DNA from: an uncultured Methanoregulaceae archaeon
GTDB lineage: Archaea > Halobacteriota > Methanomicrobia > Methanomicrobiales > Methanospirillaceae
Assembly: GCA_963841015.1 (NCBI GenBank)
Contig: CAWJAX010000003.1
Span: 704,001-768,000, forward strand
Length of the DNA: 64,000 nucleotides
Direction: 5' to 3'
Every line of letters starts with the position of its first letter. Position 1 is the first letter of the stretch. Shown here in pieces: positions 29,933-40,985 of the stretch. Position numbers and translations under genes: made by a program. The notes under the pieces are model-generated. The model saw nothing but the letters and a program-made list of their open reading frames with translations, was not told the origin of the DNA and did no database searches.

Positions 29933-30102
29933 TATGGAACTCGCAGGATAGTATAGGTGTTCTGCCTTCAAATCTTTTTGAGATATCTGCAATGACGCTT
30001 CCGATTGATAAACTCACCGGCAGTTTATACCGCGGAATGTCATCACTTTAAACTTATAAGGACCGATGACTATGAGGAGTCGTCAGCGAACGAAAAAGAC
30101 GT

Positions 30103-31329
30103 ATGCATACGCAAGTGGAGCAGGCACAGAGAGGAACGATCACGCTGCAGATGCAGGACGTTGCCCGGTCAGAAGGTATTGATCCTTATGAACTCTGTGA
30201 AAGCATAGCCGCAGGAAGCGCCGTGATTATGCAGCGAGGGAAGCACTATACCGGCATTGGAAACGGCCTTTTAACAAAAGTCAATGTCAATCTCGGCACT
30301 TCATCTACCAAAGTATGTATCGGGGAGGAAATTCAGAAAGCCAGGGTCGCCGAGACATTCGGTGCTGACACCATCAGCGATCTATCCATGGGGGGGGACA
30401 TAAACTCAATAAGAAAGGAGATTTTCTCCCACACCACCCTCCCGATCACCACCGTTCCCGTTTACCAGACTGTGGTCGAGTATGGCCTGAAGAATATGAC
30501 TGCTGACGATATTATCAACACGTTCAGGATGCAGGCAGAGCAGGGCATCAGCTCGATCGTCATCCACGGCGTGAACCATGAGATGCTCGGTGAACTCCGC
30601 AGGAAAAAACGGATTCTTGGGATAGTATCCAAAGGGGGCTCAATAACCAGCGCGTTCATGCTTATAAACCAGTGCGAAAATCCGTTTATCGAGCATTTCG
30701 ATGATGTGATCTCCATCTGCAGGCGGCATGATATCGTATTATCGCTGGGTAATACCGCCCGTAGCGGGTGCATCCATGATCGCCGCGATCGTATGCAGCT
30801 GGCCGAGATCCGACAGAATGTAGAGCTCGCACACCAGGCACATTCGGCAGGGGTTCAGGTTATCATTGAAGGTGCAGGAGGTCATATCCGCAGCGATCGC
30901 ATCGCGCCCCTGGTAAAGTACTACAAGAAACAGTCACCATTCCCGCTGTTTGTTGCCGGCCCGCTGCCTACCGATGTTGCAGTTGGCTACGATCATATTG
31001 CAGGAGCTGCCGGGGCCAGTACCGCAAGTGCCGCCGGAGCAGATTACCTGTGCTATATCACCCCTGCCGAACATCTGGGGCTACCCGGCCCGGATGCGGT
31101 AAAAGAGGGGTTAATTGCCTTCAGGATAGCGGCGCACATTGGTGACACGGTGAAGTATGGCAAGGAAGCGGAAGACACAAAAATAGCAAAGCTGCGGGCA
31201 GAACTTGACCGCGAGGGGCAGATCCGCTGCTCCATGGATCCACAACGGACGCGGGAGTTATCTGACGGCGATCCGGAGTGCACCATGTGCGGAGAGTTCT
31301 GTGCGATCAGGATTATGCGTGAGTTTTAA
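30103..31329 (+). CDS. ThiC-family radical SAM protein (divergent paralog; ThiC or Bza-like)
   Basis: KVNVNLGTS, DLS.GG, VPVYQ, GYDHI, YITPAEHL, CTMCGEFC. Confidence 0.88.
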   Translation: MHTQVEQAQRGTITLQMQDVARSEGIDPYELCESIAAGSAVIMQRGKHYTGIGNGLLTKVNVNLGTSSTKVCIGEEIQKARVAETFGADTISDLSMGGDINSIRKEIFSHTTLPITTVPVYQTVVEYGLKNMTADDIINTFRMQAEQGISSIVIHGVNHEMLGELRRKKRILGIVSKGGSITSAFMLINQCENPFIEHFDDVISICRRHDIVLSLGNTARSGCIHDRRDRMQLAEIRQNVELAHQAHSAGVQVIIEGAGGHIRSDRIAPLVKYYKKQSPFPLFVAGPLPTDVAVGYDHIAGAAGASTASAAGADYLCYITPAEHLGLPGPDAVKEGLIAFRIAAHIGDTVKYGKEAEDTKIAKLRAELDREGQIRCSMDPQRTRELSDGDPECTMCGEFCAIRIMREF

Positions 31330-31418
31330 GGATTTTACTGCCACCCTGTTGAAAAAAACACCTGTTGCGAGATCTTTGCCGTCATGTTTTCATCGGTACA
31401 ACAGACTTTTTGTGCTAA

Positions 31419-31784
31419 CTATGTACGGGTCCTTTGAACAAGTACTTCCTCAGCGATATACCTTATAAGACAGGTATCGCATCCCATTTTTCTCGAATCT
31501 GTTAATATTTCCCGTAAGGTTTCGATCTTACTCAGGGACTGGCCCGACACAAACCGCAGATCCGGATCTATGTCAGAATGGAGCAGATTTAAGGGTGCGA
31601 TTGACCGTAGATCCCGCATGTTACCAAGGGCGTCCGCCGCAAGATACCGGACCCACTTATCCTCGTTATTCAGGGCATCGATGAAATATTCAACGATTGG
31701 CAGAGTAAATCTTTCAAGTGCTTCAAGAGACTTTGTTGTGTCCGGACCGCGTTTATTCACCTTTTCTTCAGGAGTATGTTCCAT
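31419..31784 (-). CDS. HEAT-repeat protein with C-terminal CxxC
   Basis: DKWVRYLAADALGN; CDTC. Confidence 0.75.
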   Translation of the reverse strand: MEHTPEEKVNKRGPDTTKSLEALERFTLPIVEYFIDALNNEDKWVRYLAADALGNMRDLRSIAPLNLLHSDIDPDLRFVSGQSLSKIETLREILTDSRKMGCDTCLIRYIAEEVLVQRTRT

Positions 31785-32006
31785 GTCAATCAACCTTCCC
31801 CCATTCAGGAATAATCGGAGTAGTTTTGATAAGATAATCAAAATTTGCGCTGCATGTATGCCATTGTAATGTGCCACCATATCTGCCATGCAGAGGAGTT
31901 TGCAGATAAACACCGTATTTCGACGGGTTTCTAAATGGGAGGGGAATAGATACGATCCATCTCAGAAAAAGATTTTATTATTATCCTGTATGCCCAATTA
32001 CCCCAC

Positions 32007-33353
32007 ATGGGATATCTTGACCAGGAAAAGATTACAAGGATCAAGCAAATCCTTAAATGGCGCCCGCGGGGAATGACAATCTCGGATCTCTCTTCACAGA
32101 TGAAGCTGAACAGGAACCTGGTAGCAAAATATCTTGAGATACTCCTCATCTCCGGCCAGGTAGAGATGCAGGAAATTGGTCCGGCAAAAGTCTATTTCCT
32201 GACCCAGAGGGTGCCTATCTCAACCATGCTTGAATTTTCTTCTGACCTTGTGATCGTGGTCGATAGCGAGGGTAAAATTCTCCAGGTAAATGAACATGTC
32301 TTGGAACTGCTTACCATGAAACGGGAGGCTTTGACCGGGCTGTGTCTTCAGGAGATCGATAATCCGTTTATCCAGAATACCTGGAGTAGTGTAAAAAAAC
32401 ACAATTCAGACGCAAAAAACGGGGATACTACTCCATTCTCAAGCACGGTACAGGGAGAACTGCGGCATTTCCGGATAAAACAAGTGCCAACCGTCTTTGA
32501 GAACGGAAGTGAAGGATATACGTACATTATAGAGGATACAACAACCCAGAAAAAATCCCAGGAGATGCTGGAGATCAGTGAGGCAAAATACCGGGGGTTG
32601 GTCCAGTCCTCCGGGGAGGCCATTATTGGCATGACCATTGACGGAGGCCTGGTCAGCTGGAACCCTGCGGCCGGGCTGCTCTTCGGATATACTGAAGAGG
32701 AGGTACTGCAAAAACCGGTCAACATCCTTGTGCCCCCGGATCTTCAGGGGGTTTTGGAAGTATTTCTCACGAGACTCAAACAGGGACAGTGTATCCGAAG
32801 ATATGACATGAACATGATCCGCAAGGATGGCACAACTATCAATACCCTGATGACGATCTGTCCAATCCGGGGAGAGAACGATCAAATAGTCGGGGCTTCA
32901 TCGATAGTACGGGACATCACCAGCGAAAAGCGCGAGCAGCATCTGCGTGAATATGAGGACCGGTACCGCACCCTTGTCGAAGACCTCAATGTAGGCATCT
33001 ACCGGAGTACAGCCGAACCTGGGGGCAGATTTGTCTGGGGGAATACGGCACTTCTCGATATTCTCGGGTATAACACTATGCAGGATCTCGGTGCAGTCAA
33101 TGTCATCGACATCTTCTCAAAACCGAATGGCAGGCTGGAGTTAATTGAAGAGCTGCAGAGAAACGGGTTTGTAAAAAACAGGATCCTGCAACTGAAACGA
33201 AGGGACAACTCGTCAATAACGGTCAGCGTTACAGCACTCGCAGAATTCGACCAAAAGAAAAACCTTGTTTTTATCAATGGAATTGTGCAGGATATCACTA
33301 CCTTTCAAGATTCCCTGCAGGAATTTGGCTGTCGACAAGGATTGCTGAAATAA
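32007..33353 (+). CDS. wHTH + triple PAS one-component regulator
   Basis: N-terminal GMTISDLS..NRNLVAKYL HTH; three PAS units (WNPAA..LFGY, NTALLDILGY); no kinase domain. Confidence 0.85.
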   Translation: MGYLDQEKITRIKQILKWRPRGMTISDLSSQMKLNRNLVAKYLEILLISGQVEMQEIGPAKVYFLTQRVPISTMLEFSSDLVIVVDSEGKILQVNEHVLELLTMKREALTGLCLQEIDNPFIQNTWSSVKKHNSDAKNGDTTPFSSTVQGELRHFRIKQVPTVFENGSEGYTYIIEDTTTQKKSQEMLEISEAKYRGLVQSSGEAIIGMTIDGGLVSWNPAAGLLFGYTEEEVLQKPVNILVPPDLQGVLEVFLTRLKQGQCIRRYDMNMIRKDGTTINTLMTICPIRGENDQIVGASSIVRDITSEKREQHLREYEDRYRTLVEDLNVGIYRSTAEPGGRFVWGNTALLDILGYNTMQDLGAVNVIDIFSKPNGRLELIEELQRNGFVKNRILQLKRRDNSSITVSVTALAEFDQKKNLVFINGIVQDITTFQDSLQEFGCRQGLLK

Positions 33354-33416
33354 AATTTCAGGAACCCCACCAAACAACACAAATTCCCTCAGGATTAATC
33401 TGATATCGACCGTGAT

Positions 33417-34184
33417 TTACGCTATATTGCTGATAGTCGCGAAATCCTCAAGATATAATTCCTCCGGCCTGCTCTTAAGGATCTCCTGGGGCAATGCGAC
33501 AATTACCCGCTTCACCCATGAAGGATCCAGCATGCCCCCGGATTCTCTCAGGCAGTTTCGAATAGTTTTACGCCGGTGTGAAAAGAGTGCACGCACAACA
33601 TCAGCATACCTGTGCCGGTTGTTGATGGGAAAGATCGGCTGCTGCCGGGGGACTATCTTCACAACAGTCGAATGAACCTGAGGTTTGGGTGTGAAACAAT
33701 TTGGAGAGAGTTTAAAGCACTGTTGCACAACTGCATAGGTCTGCACCATAATCGACAGCCTCCCACAATTCTTGGTGCCTGCAGGTGCAACCATCCGTTC
33801 CGCAAACTCACTCTGATACATCAGGATTGCTTCCCAGAATCCAATATCAAGAAGGCGGAAGGTGATCTTGGACGATACTGAATAGGGAAGATTTGAAACA
33901 ACCATCTCAAATGAGGGAAGTTCACATCTTGTTGCATCACCGTGTTGCACCAGGAGTTGCCCGGTAGAGATTTCTTCAGAAAAACGTTCGGTGAGTTCCT
34001 CACAGAGATGACTGTCAAGTTCCACGGCGTGCACAACCGCCCCGCGGTCGAGCAGCGCACGGGTAAGAGCCCCGTTACCCGGCCCGACCTCAAGCACACG
34101 TTTGCCTTTTACATCAGCAAGGTCTGCTATACGATCTACCGCATGCGGATCGGTAAGAAAATGCTGATCATGATGCGCTTTCAT
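33417..34184 (-). CDS. ksgA: 16S rRNA adenine dimethyltransferase
   Basis: DQHFL, EVGPGNG, SNLPY motifs. Confidence 0.96.
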   Translation of the reverse strand: MKAHHDQHFLTDPHAVDRIADLADVKGKRVLEVGPGNGALTRALLDRGAVVHAVELDSHLCEELTERFSEEISTGQLLVQHGDATRCELPSFEMVVSNLPYSVSSKITFRLLDIGFWEAILMYQSEFAERMVAPAGTKNCGRLSIMVQTYAVVQQCFKLSPNCFTPKPQVHSTVVKIVPRQQPIFPINNRHRYADVVRALFSHRRKTIRNCLRESGGMLDPSWVKRVIVALPQEILKSRPEELYLEDFATISNIA

Positions 34185-34744
34185 CGTGTCGTGAATACGT
34201 GATACTTGACATCGGGGTCCTGAAGTTCTTCGAGAATCCGGGACTGGATCATTCGCTCCGGGTGCGGGATCGCTTTTATCCGGGCGGAGATATCAGCAAG
34301 GGAAACAAACGGCTTTTTATTGCGCTCCTCTAAAATCTCCCACATCAGCTTCTTACCAATGCCCGGAAGAAGGTGGAGCATGTGGAGTTTTGGCGTAATC
34401 GAGATCGCCTTGTTGAAGAAGGCAACAAAGTCAGGTTCGCGTTCTTTTATCACTTTCTCTATGATAAAAGGGAGTTCCCCCCGTGCAGTCTGGGTCAGGT
34501 CATTGTACCCAATCCGACGCTTTACCCGCTCTATCTTATCGCGCTCAGCGTCGCCAATATAGACTTTGTCATGGAGTTCGATTGCTACATTGTTCTTGGG
34601 CACAAGCTCAAGGAGTTTGAACTGCTCAAGCCCCATCGCCTGTATGATCGGTTCTCTCTTAAAAGGAGGGCGTTGATCCTCAGGGTGTCCTTTCATTAAC
34701 ACATCCAGTACGATCGCATTAACCTCTTTTTTTTCCGCCTTCAT
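34181..34744 (-). CDS. DUF655 RNA-binding HhH protein
   Basis: LHLLPGIGKK; conserved rpoF-DUF655-ksgA order. Confidence 0.92.
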   Translation of the reverse strand: MKAEKKEVNAIVLDVLMKGHPEDQRPPFKREPIIQAMGLEQFKLLELVPKNNVAIELHDKVYIGDAERDKIERVKRRIGYNDLTQTARGELPFIIEKVIKEREPDFVAFFNKAISITPKLHMLHLLPGIGKKLMWEILEERNKKPFVSLADISARIKAIPHPERMIQSRILEELQDPDVKYHVFTTR

Positions 34745-34754
34745 GTTTCACACC

Positions 34755-35105
34755 TCAAAAGTGTGCCATTACGTGTTCGATGATTTTATCAAGTTCTTCA
34801 GGAGACAGCGTATACCGCTCTTTTGCAAAGATCGCCCGAACTTCATCACGGGTTTTTGGCATGATGTTTGCAATCCTGTAAGCGATCTCAGGCTTCATCT
34901 TTTCCATTTTTACAAGTTCCGCTACCAATGCATGTGATTTTTCAGGAGCAGTTTTTGCTAATTTATTGGCATGCTCGATACTTCGCCGGAACTCATAGGA
35001 CATCTCCTTTTCTGCTGCAATCCGTTCAGATTCCACTCCTAACAGGACTCCGCGCATCTCAGGGAGTGTGACCCTTTCTTCGCTAATGATACCCTTCACT
35101 TTCAT
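34755..35105 (-). CDS. rpoF: RNA polymerase subunit F (Rpo4)
   Basis: SYEFRRS, IANIMPKTRDEVRAI motifs. Confidence 0.93.
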   Translation of the reverse strand: MKVKGIISEERVTLPEMRGVLLGVESERIAAEKEMSYEFRRSIEHANKLAKTAPEKSHALVAELVKMEKMKPEIAYRIANIMPKTRDEVRAIFAKERYTLSPEELDKIIEHVMAHF

Positions 35106-35126
35106 GCCACTAACCTGACAGAGAAT

Positions 35127-35417
35127 TTACTTTTGTGCTTTTAGATGTTGTGGTCGTGCAATGACGATTTTATCTGCATTGCCGTCACGGATGGTAAGCA
35201 TCCAGGCCCGCCCACGCTGCCCGAGAACCGTTCCCGTCAATCCATGGAAGCGGCGGTGAGGCATTCCTTTCTGAACACTGGGGTTACAGACAATGTGCAC
35301 CCGGTCGCCGATCTCGTATTTCTGTATAACGCAGGTTACCGGGGGAAGTCCGCGCTCTCGTAAATCCTTCTTGAATTTATACCGTGTTTTCTTTCGTGGT
35401 CCGTTATGATGTGCCAT
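35127..35417 (-). CDS. rpl21e: 50S ribosomal protein L21e
   Basis: KGMPHRRFHGLTG motif. Confidence 0.97.
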   Translation of the reverse strand: MAHHNGPRKKTRYKFKKDLRERGLPPVTCVIQKYEIGDRVHIVCNPSVQKGMPHRRFHGLTGTVLGQRGRAWMLTIRDGNADKIVIARPQHLKAQK

Positions 35418-35420
35418 TAT

Positions 35421-36653
35421 CTAATCTCCCTCTTTTGCTCCTTCTACCTGCACGACATCGAGGCTGAATACGTGCGCCGGTCTATCCAGGATCTCGGCTA
35501 GACTCGGACGGGTTCTTCCTCCATCCCCTGATACGAGTTCTTTGATGTAGAGACCGGCTTCACCAAGAACTTCGACGACAAATTTGCCGTCCTGTTCCCC
35601 TACATACTCAATATCGAGGACGATGCGCTCACGGATCTTATCTGCTCTGCGATGAGCGACCCTCTCGGGTGTGCGCTGGTGTATTGTGGCGCCCTGTAAG
35701 GTTTTTAAGGCATTTGCGAACTCATTCGCAGATAATGCACCGTCAACCTCGACCAGGATCCTGTATTTTTTATGCGCTTTGTTTGATTTAAGGGTTTCCA
35801 CTTCCGCACGTTCGCTCCAGCGTTTGATCGAAACAGAAACCCGACCATCTGAAACCCGGTTGATCTCCTGTTCAAGTGCGGTAAGATCCAGAGAACGCTT
35901 TTTAGGTTCGACCACTTCAAGAATGAACGGCCTGCCCGTACCAATCATCCGTGCGTCAATATCCTCCCTTCCCGCACCATGAAGAACCGCGTTTTGTGCG
36001 TCGAACGCAGTAATGACCGGTCTCCCGATAAGTTGCTCCACCGAGTCAAGGTATTGTGCACCCGTGAAATTGCATTTTTCGCAGCCTGCACCCCTGCATG
36101 CACGGCAGTCCCAATGGGTCTGCGGGATACCCCGCTCGAACTTCTGGTACCTCCCGTAAAAGAATACAGAATTTATCTGCACTTCCACCTGGCCTGATGC
36201 GGGATCGAGGATAGCAACGATATCCGGTTTTTTGAAGTCCACGTTCTTTCCCGTGAGTACAGATACTGCCTTTCCCACTTCGCGGTTGACCTCAGATTTG
36301 AATGGTTCTGGTTCAGTGAGTGAGAGATCGCTCCAGACCATCTCCTCATTTTCAGCTATAAGCGGGGGTACCCTGCATCCTACAAGAAATGTTGAAAACT
36401 CGATCCCCCGGACTGATGCTGTTACGCGATCTGCCCACTCCGGAATCGCATCAAAGAAATTGCTGCAGACCCAGCAGGTGCCGGAGAATTTCGTATACGG
36501 CAGGTTCTCCCCAATAGCAAGAGCAATCTTAAGACTGCGCCCGCGTTCATCATTGGTGAGCCCGTGAGAGCGTTTCCCAAAAAACCGCCCGAGGCAATGG
36601 TCGCAGCATTCCCCATACCCGAGTATCGATTTTACCTGTTCATTTATTTCCAT
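35421..36653 (-). CDS. pus10: tRNA pseudouridine(54/55) synthase Pus10
   Basis: CDHCLGR, GAGREDIDARM, QRTP.RV.HRR, GLYIKEL motifs. Confidence 0.95.
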   Translation of the reverse strand: MEINEQVKSILGYGECCDHCLGRFFGKRSHGLTNDERGRSLKIALAIGENLPYTKFSGTCWVCSNFFDAIPEWADRVTASVRGIEFSTFLVGCRVPPLIAENEEMVWSDLSLTEPEPFKSEVNREVGKAVSVLTGKNVDFKKPDIVAILDPASGQVEVQINSVFFYGRYQKFERGIPQTHWDCRACRGAGCEKCNFTGAQYLDSVEQLIGRPVITAFDAQNAVLHGAGREDIDARMIGTGRPFILEVVEPKKRSLDLTALEQEINRVSDGRVSVSIKRWSERAEVETLKSNKAHKKYRILVEVDGALSANEFANALKTLQGATIHQRTPERVAHRRADKIRERIVLDIEYVGEQDGKFVVEVLGEAGLYIKELVSGDGGRTRPSLAEILDRPAHVFSLDVVQVEGAKEGD

Positions 36654-37222
36654 CCGCACTTCCTCCTGTCCAGCTCGTTGTGTACTACGGTTATCGTGTG
36701 ATCGGCATGCAGGCACGCCGGTCCGACGGAATACCGGGGGCAGTTCCTTATCAGGGATTTTTCATCATCCGTGAAATTCAGGTGATCAGAGAGGATAAAT
36801 GCATCCGGGAGCGTCTCACTGGATCGTATATCGCCACCCTTTTCGTCAAGCACAGCGAATGCCTCTTCTTCGATAAGGCGTGCAAGCCCGCCTTTCCGTA
36901 CAGACACTCCCGACGCAGCGTCGCGAAATTCACTTCCGACGGGGAGTTCCAGTGCCTTTTTGATCAGTGCTGCGGCACTCCTTTCATCAGGAGAAAGGGA
37001 ACGCACGTCTGTCCCGGAAAATCTGATTGTTTTTGGTCCTGCCGGTTCACCGCAGAGGACGAGGTAACACACCGTATCCCGGCGCAGGTCATGCGAAAGA
37101 AAGAGCGAGGAGTTCACGCACCGGCAGAGCACATCCATGCGTCCGCCAGTCCCAGGCAGGTCATTTAAGGAAAAAGCCCCGTCAGTCCGGGCAATGTGCC
37201 CGATAACAGCAAACGAGGTCAT
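36644..37222 (-). CDS. trmY: tRNA (pseudouridine54-N1)-methyltransferase
   Basis: LNDLPG.GGRMD, PDERS, LSDH; SPOUT fold. Confidence 0.93.
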   Translation of the reverse strand: MTSFAVIGHIARTDGAFSLNDLPGTGGRMDVLCRCVNSSLFLSHDLRRDTVCYLVLCGEPAGPKTIRFSGTDVRSLSPDERSAAALIKKALELPVGSEFRDAASGVSVRKGGLARLIEEEAFAVLDEKGGDIRSSETLPDAFILSDHLNFTDDEKSLIRNCPRYSVGPACLHADHTITVVHNELDRRKCGWK

Positions 37223-37223
37223 T

Positions 37224-38546
37224 TCACTGCATTCCAGAAAAGCGTTTCATTAAGCGCTGCATATTGAATTTTCCGCCGCCACCCCGTAGTCCTTTAAGAG
37301 TGCGCTGCATCATTTTATAGTACTTGAGGAGTTCACGTACCTCGTCCAGGGTTGCACCGGCACCGCGGGCAATCCGCTGCATGCGGGAACTGCTGATCAG
37401 GGCCGGGTCATCAAGTTCTCCGGGGGTCATCGAATCCATAATGATGCGGTAGCGCACCATCTTGGTGCTGGTGACATCGTAAACCCCGTCAGGAAGTTGC
37501 ATGTTTCCCATCGGGAGCATGCCCATGATCTGTTTGAGCGGGCCCATCTTGTTGAGCGCTTCAAGCTGCGTGTACATATCACGGAGGGTAAACTTCCCCT
37601 TCATCATCGCATTGACATCAACATTTTCTGCTTTGATAGCTTCTTCTGCCCGCTCGGCCAGTGCTTTTAAATCGCCCATTCCCAGAAGGCGGGAGATGAA
37701 ACCGTCGGGATCAAAACGTTCGAGATCCTCGATAGTCTCCCCGCTTCCGATAAAAACGATCCCGCTTTTCGTCTCTGCAACCGCGGAAAGTGCGCCCCCG
37801 CCTTTTGCAGTCCCGTCCATTTTGGTGATTATCACCCCATCGATATCGATCGCTTCATGGAAACGCCGGGCCTGTTCACTTGCCTGCTGCCCGAGTGCTG
37901 CATCGATCACGAGCCAGCGGTGGGTTGCTTTCGTGAGCGTATTGAGCTCGATGATCTCTTTGATCAGGTCTGCCTCGAGCGCGTGTCTTCCCTGGGTATC
38001 AACAATGACGAGTTCGAGATCTTTTTGGCTTTCGAGCCCTTCACGGGTGATTTTTATGGCATTTTTTTCCTGGGGATTGCCAAAACAGGGTACGTTGATC
38101 TTAGCGCAGAGCGTGGATATCTGGTCATAGGCGCCCGGGCGGAATGTATCTGCACAGATTACCCCGACTTTCATCCCTCTCTTCTGGAAGTAGCGGGCGA
38201 GTTTTGCCGTTGTTGTGGTCTTACCGCTTCCCTGCAGTCCGGCCATGAGGATGGTCTGGGGTTCAAGTTTTACATCCGTTGATGCCCAGACGAGGCGTAC
38301 AAGCTCCTGGTAAACGATCCGAAGAACATGCTCCCTCACGTTTGTACCTTTTGGTAATTGTTCGTCAAGGGAGCGGGTGCGAATCGCTTTACTGAGCTCC
38401 ATGACGAGTTTCACGTTCACATCGGACGATATGAGTGCCCGCTGAAGATCCTTAACCAGCTCATCGACCGCTGCACGATCGATCACCGTTTTTCCGGCAA
38501 GTTTTTTTAATGCGTCCTTAAGCGACGTTGAGAGGTTATCAAGCAT
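37224..38546 (-). CDS. srp54: Signal recognition particle protein SRP54
   Basis: [20 protein letters not shown], Met-rich M domain. Confidence 0.97.
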   Translation of the reverse strand: MLDNLSTSLKDALKKLAGKTVIDRAAVDELVKDLQRALISSDVNVKLVMELSKAIRTRSLDEQLPKGTNVREHVLRIVYQELVRLVWASTDVKLEPQTILMAGLQGSGKTTTTAKLARYFQKRGMKVGVICADTFRPGAYDQISTLCAKINVPCFGNPQEKNAIKITREGLESQKDLELVIVDTQGRHALEADLIKEIIELNTLTKATHRWLVIDAALGQQASEQARRFHEAIDIDGVIITKMDGTAKGGGALSAVAETKSGIVFIGSGETIEDLERFDPDGFISRLLGMGDLKALAERAEEAIKAENVDVNAMMKGKFTLRDMYTQLEALNKMGPLKQIMGMLPMGNMQLPDGVYDVTSTKMVRYRIIMDSMTPGELDDPALISSSRMQRIARGAGATLDEVRELLKYYKMMQRTLKGLRGGGGKFNMQRLMKRFSGMQ

Positions 38547-39595
38547 CAGGTATCACTTCCAAGGAGGTCTTCTACAATCTGCGCAGGATCAAACGGTATG
38601 ATATCATCATATCCCTGGCCGGTGCCAAGGAACATGAGCGGTTTTCCGATAGTGTGTGCAATCGAAATAGCAGCTCCACCCCGGGAATCCATATCTGCCT
38701 TGGTGAGTACTACTGCATCTGCACCTACGGTCCTGTCAAATTCAGCAGCCCGTACAATTGCATCGTTGCCGGCCACTGCCTCATCGACATAGACGATAAG
38801 GTCAGGTTTCATCACGCGTCGGATCTTTTCAAGCTGGTTCATCAGGTTGGATTTGGTATGAAACCTTCCTGCGGTGTCAGCGAGTACTACATCGATCTTG
38901 TGCGAGACCGCATACTGGACCGCATCAAAGATCACCGCCGATGGATCAGCACCTTCCTGGTGCTGGATAATTTTTATGCCGATTCGTTCGGCATGCACGC
39001 CGATCTGTTCAATCGCACCGGCACGATAGGTATCCCCTGCGCCGATGACAACCGTATATCCCTGTTTTTTCAGGTATGCCCCAATCTTTGCCACCGTGGT
39101 GGTTTTACCGGTCCCGTTGACTCCCGTGAAAAGGATCTTTACCGGGTGAGCGTGAGTTTTTACGTATTCCGCAAGGTTGAACCCTTTTCCGAGGACTTCG
39201 AGCAGTGCACTTTTTAATGCTCCCACGACAAGTGCATCTACTGATTCCCCGATCTTCCGGTGCTTTCCGACAAGGTTGGTTCTGACATGGGCGATTATCG
39301 CATCAGTGACCGGCAGCGCCACATCACTCTCAAGCAGCGTCATTTCAAGTTCAGAGAGTGCTTCTGATATATCTTTTTCCGAGACTATCAGTTCCCGCTC
39401 GATAATTAAAACTTTAACTTTGTCAACAAATGTCGGAGCTGCTGAAGGTGGGGTTTTTTGTTGTAGCAGGGGGGTGTCTGGCTCAGCTGTCCGGGTTTCT
39501 GGAAAAGCAGGTTCCTGCTTTGCTGCAGCTCCCTGGATACTGGTTCCCAGCCTGTTCCTGGCCGCCTGCAGCTTTTCTTTCAGTCCCCCGAACAT
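38546..39595 (-). CDS. ftsY: SRP receptor FtsY
   Basis: [22 protein letters not shown] motifs. Confidence 0.97.
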   Translation of the reverse strand: MFGGLKEKLQAARNRLGTSIQGAAAKQEPAFPETRTAEPDTPLLQQKTPPSAAPTFVDKVKVLIIERELIVSEKDISEALSELEMTLLESDVALPVTDAIIAHVRTNLVGKHRKIGESVDALVVGALKSALLEVLGKGFNLAEYVKTHAHPVKILFTGVNGTGKTTTVAKIGAYLKKQGYTVVIGAGDTYRAGAIEQIGVHAERIGIKIIQHQEGADPSAVIFDAVQYAVSHKIDVVLADTAGRFHTKSNLMNQLEKIRRVMKPDLIVYVDEAVAGNDAIVRAAEFDRTVGADAVVLTKADMDSRGGAAISIAHTIGKPLMFLGTGQGYDDIIPFDPAQIVEDLLGSDT

Positions 39596-39611
39596 ACGAA
39601 AAAAAGCCCCG

Positions 39612-40058
39612 TTAATCCTGGTCGGCTGCTGCTGACTGCTGGTACCCGCTCTCAAGTCGCTTGTTTATCTCATTCATCTGCGAACGCAGACGATCGAGTG
39701 TTTCGGCAACCTTCTTTTGCGAGGCTTCCATCTCCATGATCCGTTCTTTTAAAAATTCAACAGCATCTTTATTCGAACGCTCGACAACGACTTCTGCGCC
39801 GATACTCAGGAGAATTTTTTCTGGTTCGAGAACCTTTGCCCTGACGCTTGCTCCTCCGCCAATCTGGAGGAGAACAATCCCGTCTTCTGTAGCGAGCATC
39901 CCTTCGAGCGCTTCGATAGCAGCGTGTGCCTCCATCCTTCCATTCTCCAGCATTTCCAGCTGGCTGACAAAAAGTTCAGCCTGCTGCCCGTATTCTTTCA
40001 GGTAATGCTGGAGTGTCATGAGTTCACGCTGGTCAATCTGTTGCATTGTATCTGCCAA
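39612..40058 (-). CDS. pfdA: Prefoldin alpha subunit
   Basis: Coiled-coil/beta-hairpin pattern LLQIGGG...SIGAEVVVE. Confidence 0.93.
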   Translation of the reverse strand: MADTMQQIDQRELMTLQHYLKEYGQQAELFVSQLEMLENGRMEAHAAIEALEGMLATEDGIVLLQIGGGASVRAKVLEPEKILLSIGAEVVVERSNKDAVEFLKERIMEMEASQKKVAETLDRLRSQMNEINKRLESGYQQSAAADQD

Positions 40059-40207
40059 AATCCACCACTCCTTATATCGAAATTCAGATAATCCTGACTC
40101 CTGATATGTATGTCCTTCATGAGCATAAATACATCATTGCAATTTTTGTGAGAGAGGAGAAGATTTTTAAACTTCAGCTGCACTGACAAGGAACTTGTGA
40201 GAACCCT

Positions 40208-40985
40208 ATGAAACGGTTACTTCTCTTTCTCCTTCTATCAGGGATCCTCGTTATCACACTATGCATAGCAGGATGTACTACTGCCCCGCAGGGGAACCAG
40301 ACCCTGGTGCCTGCTCCTGCCCGGGGAAGTATGATCTCGATTGTTGCCGACGGGAAGACCTACCCGGCTTACTTTGCGGCACCGGCTGATACCGGGAAGG
40401 CATCCCGCAATTGTGCTCATCCACTCGTTCAATGGACTCGAACCCGGGTATAAAGAAATGGTCAACCAAATGGCTGATGACGGATTTGTGGTGATAGCGC
40501 CGGAATGGCAGACCTATGGCCAGAGGGCTGGTGACCCCGAAGTTGAAGCGGTGATCCGATCATCCGTTGATACGCTGAAAGCCCGGCAGGATGTAGATGC
40601 ATCAAAGATCGGGCTTACCGGCTTTTGCGCCGGGGGACGGTATACGATGCTTTTCCTCCCGCAGGTAACAGACTTAAAAGCCGGGGTTGCTTTCTATGGC
40701 TTTCCCTATTCACGGGGTAACACAAACAACACCATGCCGGTCGAACACATAGGGGAACTGACAGATCCCATGCTCATCATCCATGGATCCCGCGACCAGC
40801 CAAGCCCGATTGATGGCATATACAACTATACAAAGCAACTCGATGCAGCCGGCAAGTACTTTGAGCTCAAAGTCTATCAGGGCGAACCCCATGGTTTCAT
40901 GATCACAAACGGGACCCTCGCCACCGATACTTCCGCAAATGATGCGTACGATCAGATGATCACGTTCTTTCAACGGATGCTTTGA
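40208..40985 (+). CDS. Dienelactone hydrolase-family lipoprotein (frameshift near 40399)
   Basis: Lipobox IAGC in frame 1; GFCAGG, HG..D, HGF catalytic motifs in frame 2. Confidence 0.85.

Noticed and set aside
29990-30102. TPP riboswitch upstream of the thiC-like gene
   Set aside because: The conserved CTGAGA core and TPP aptamer layout are not present
38528-39217. Long antisense ORFs (e.g. 229 aa opposite ftsY, 209 aa opposite srp54)
   Set aside because: Shadow frames of well-conserved genes with no recognisable motifs
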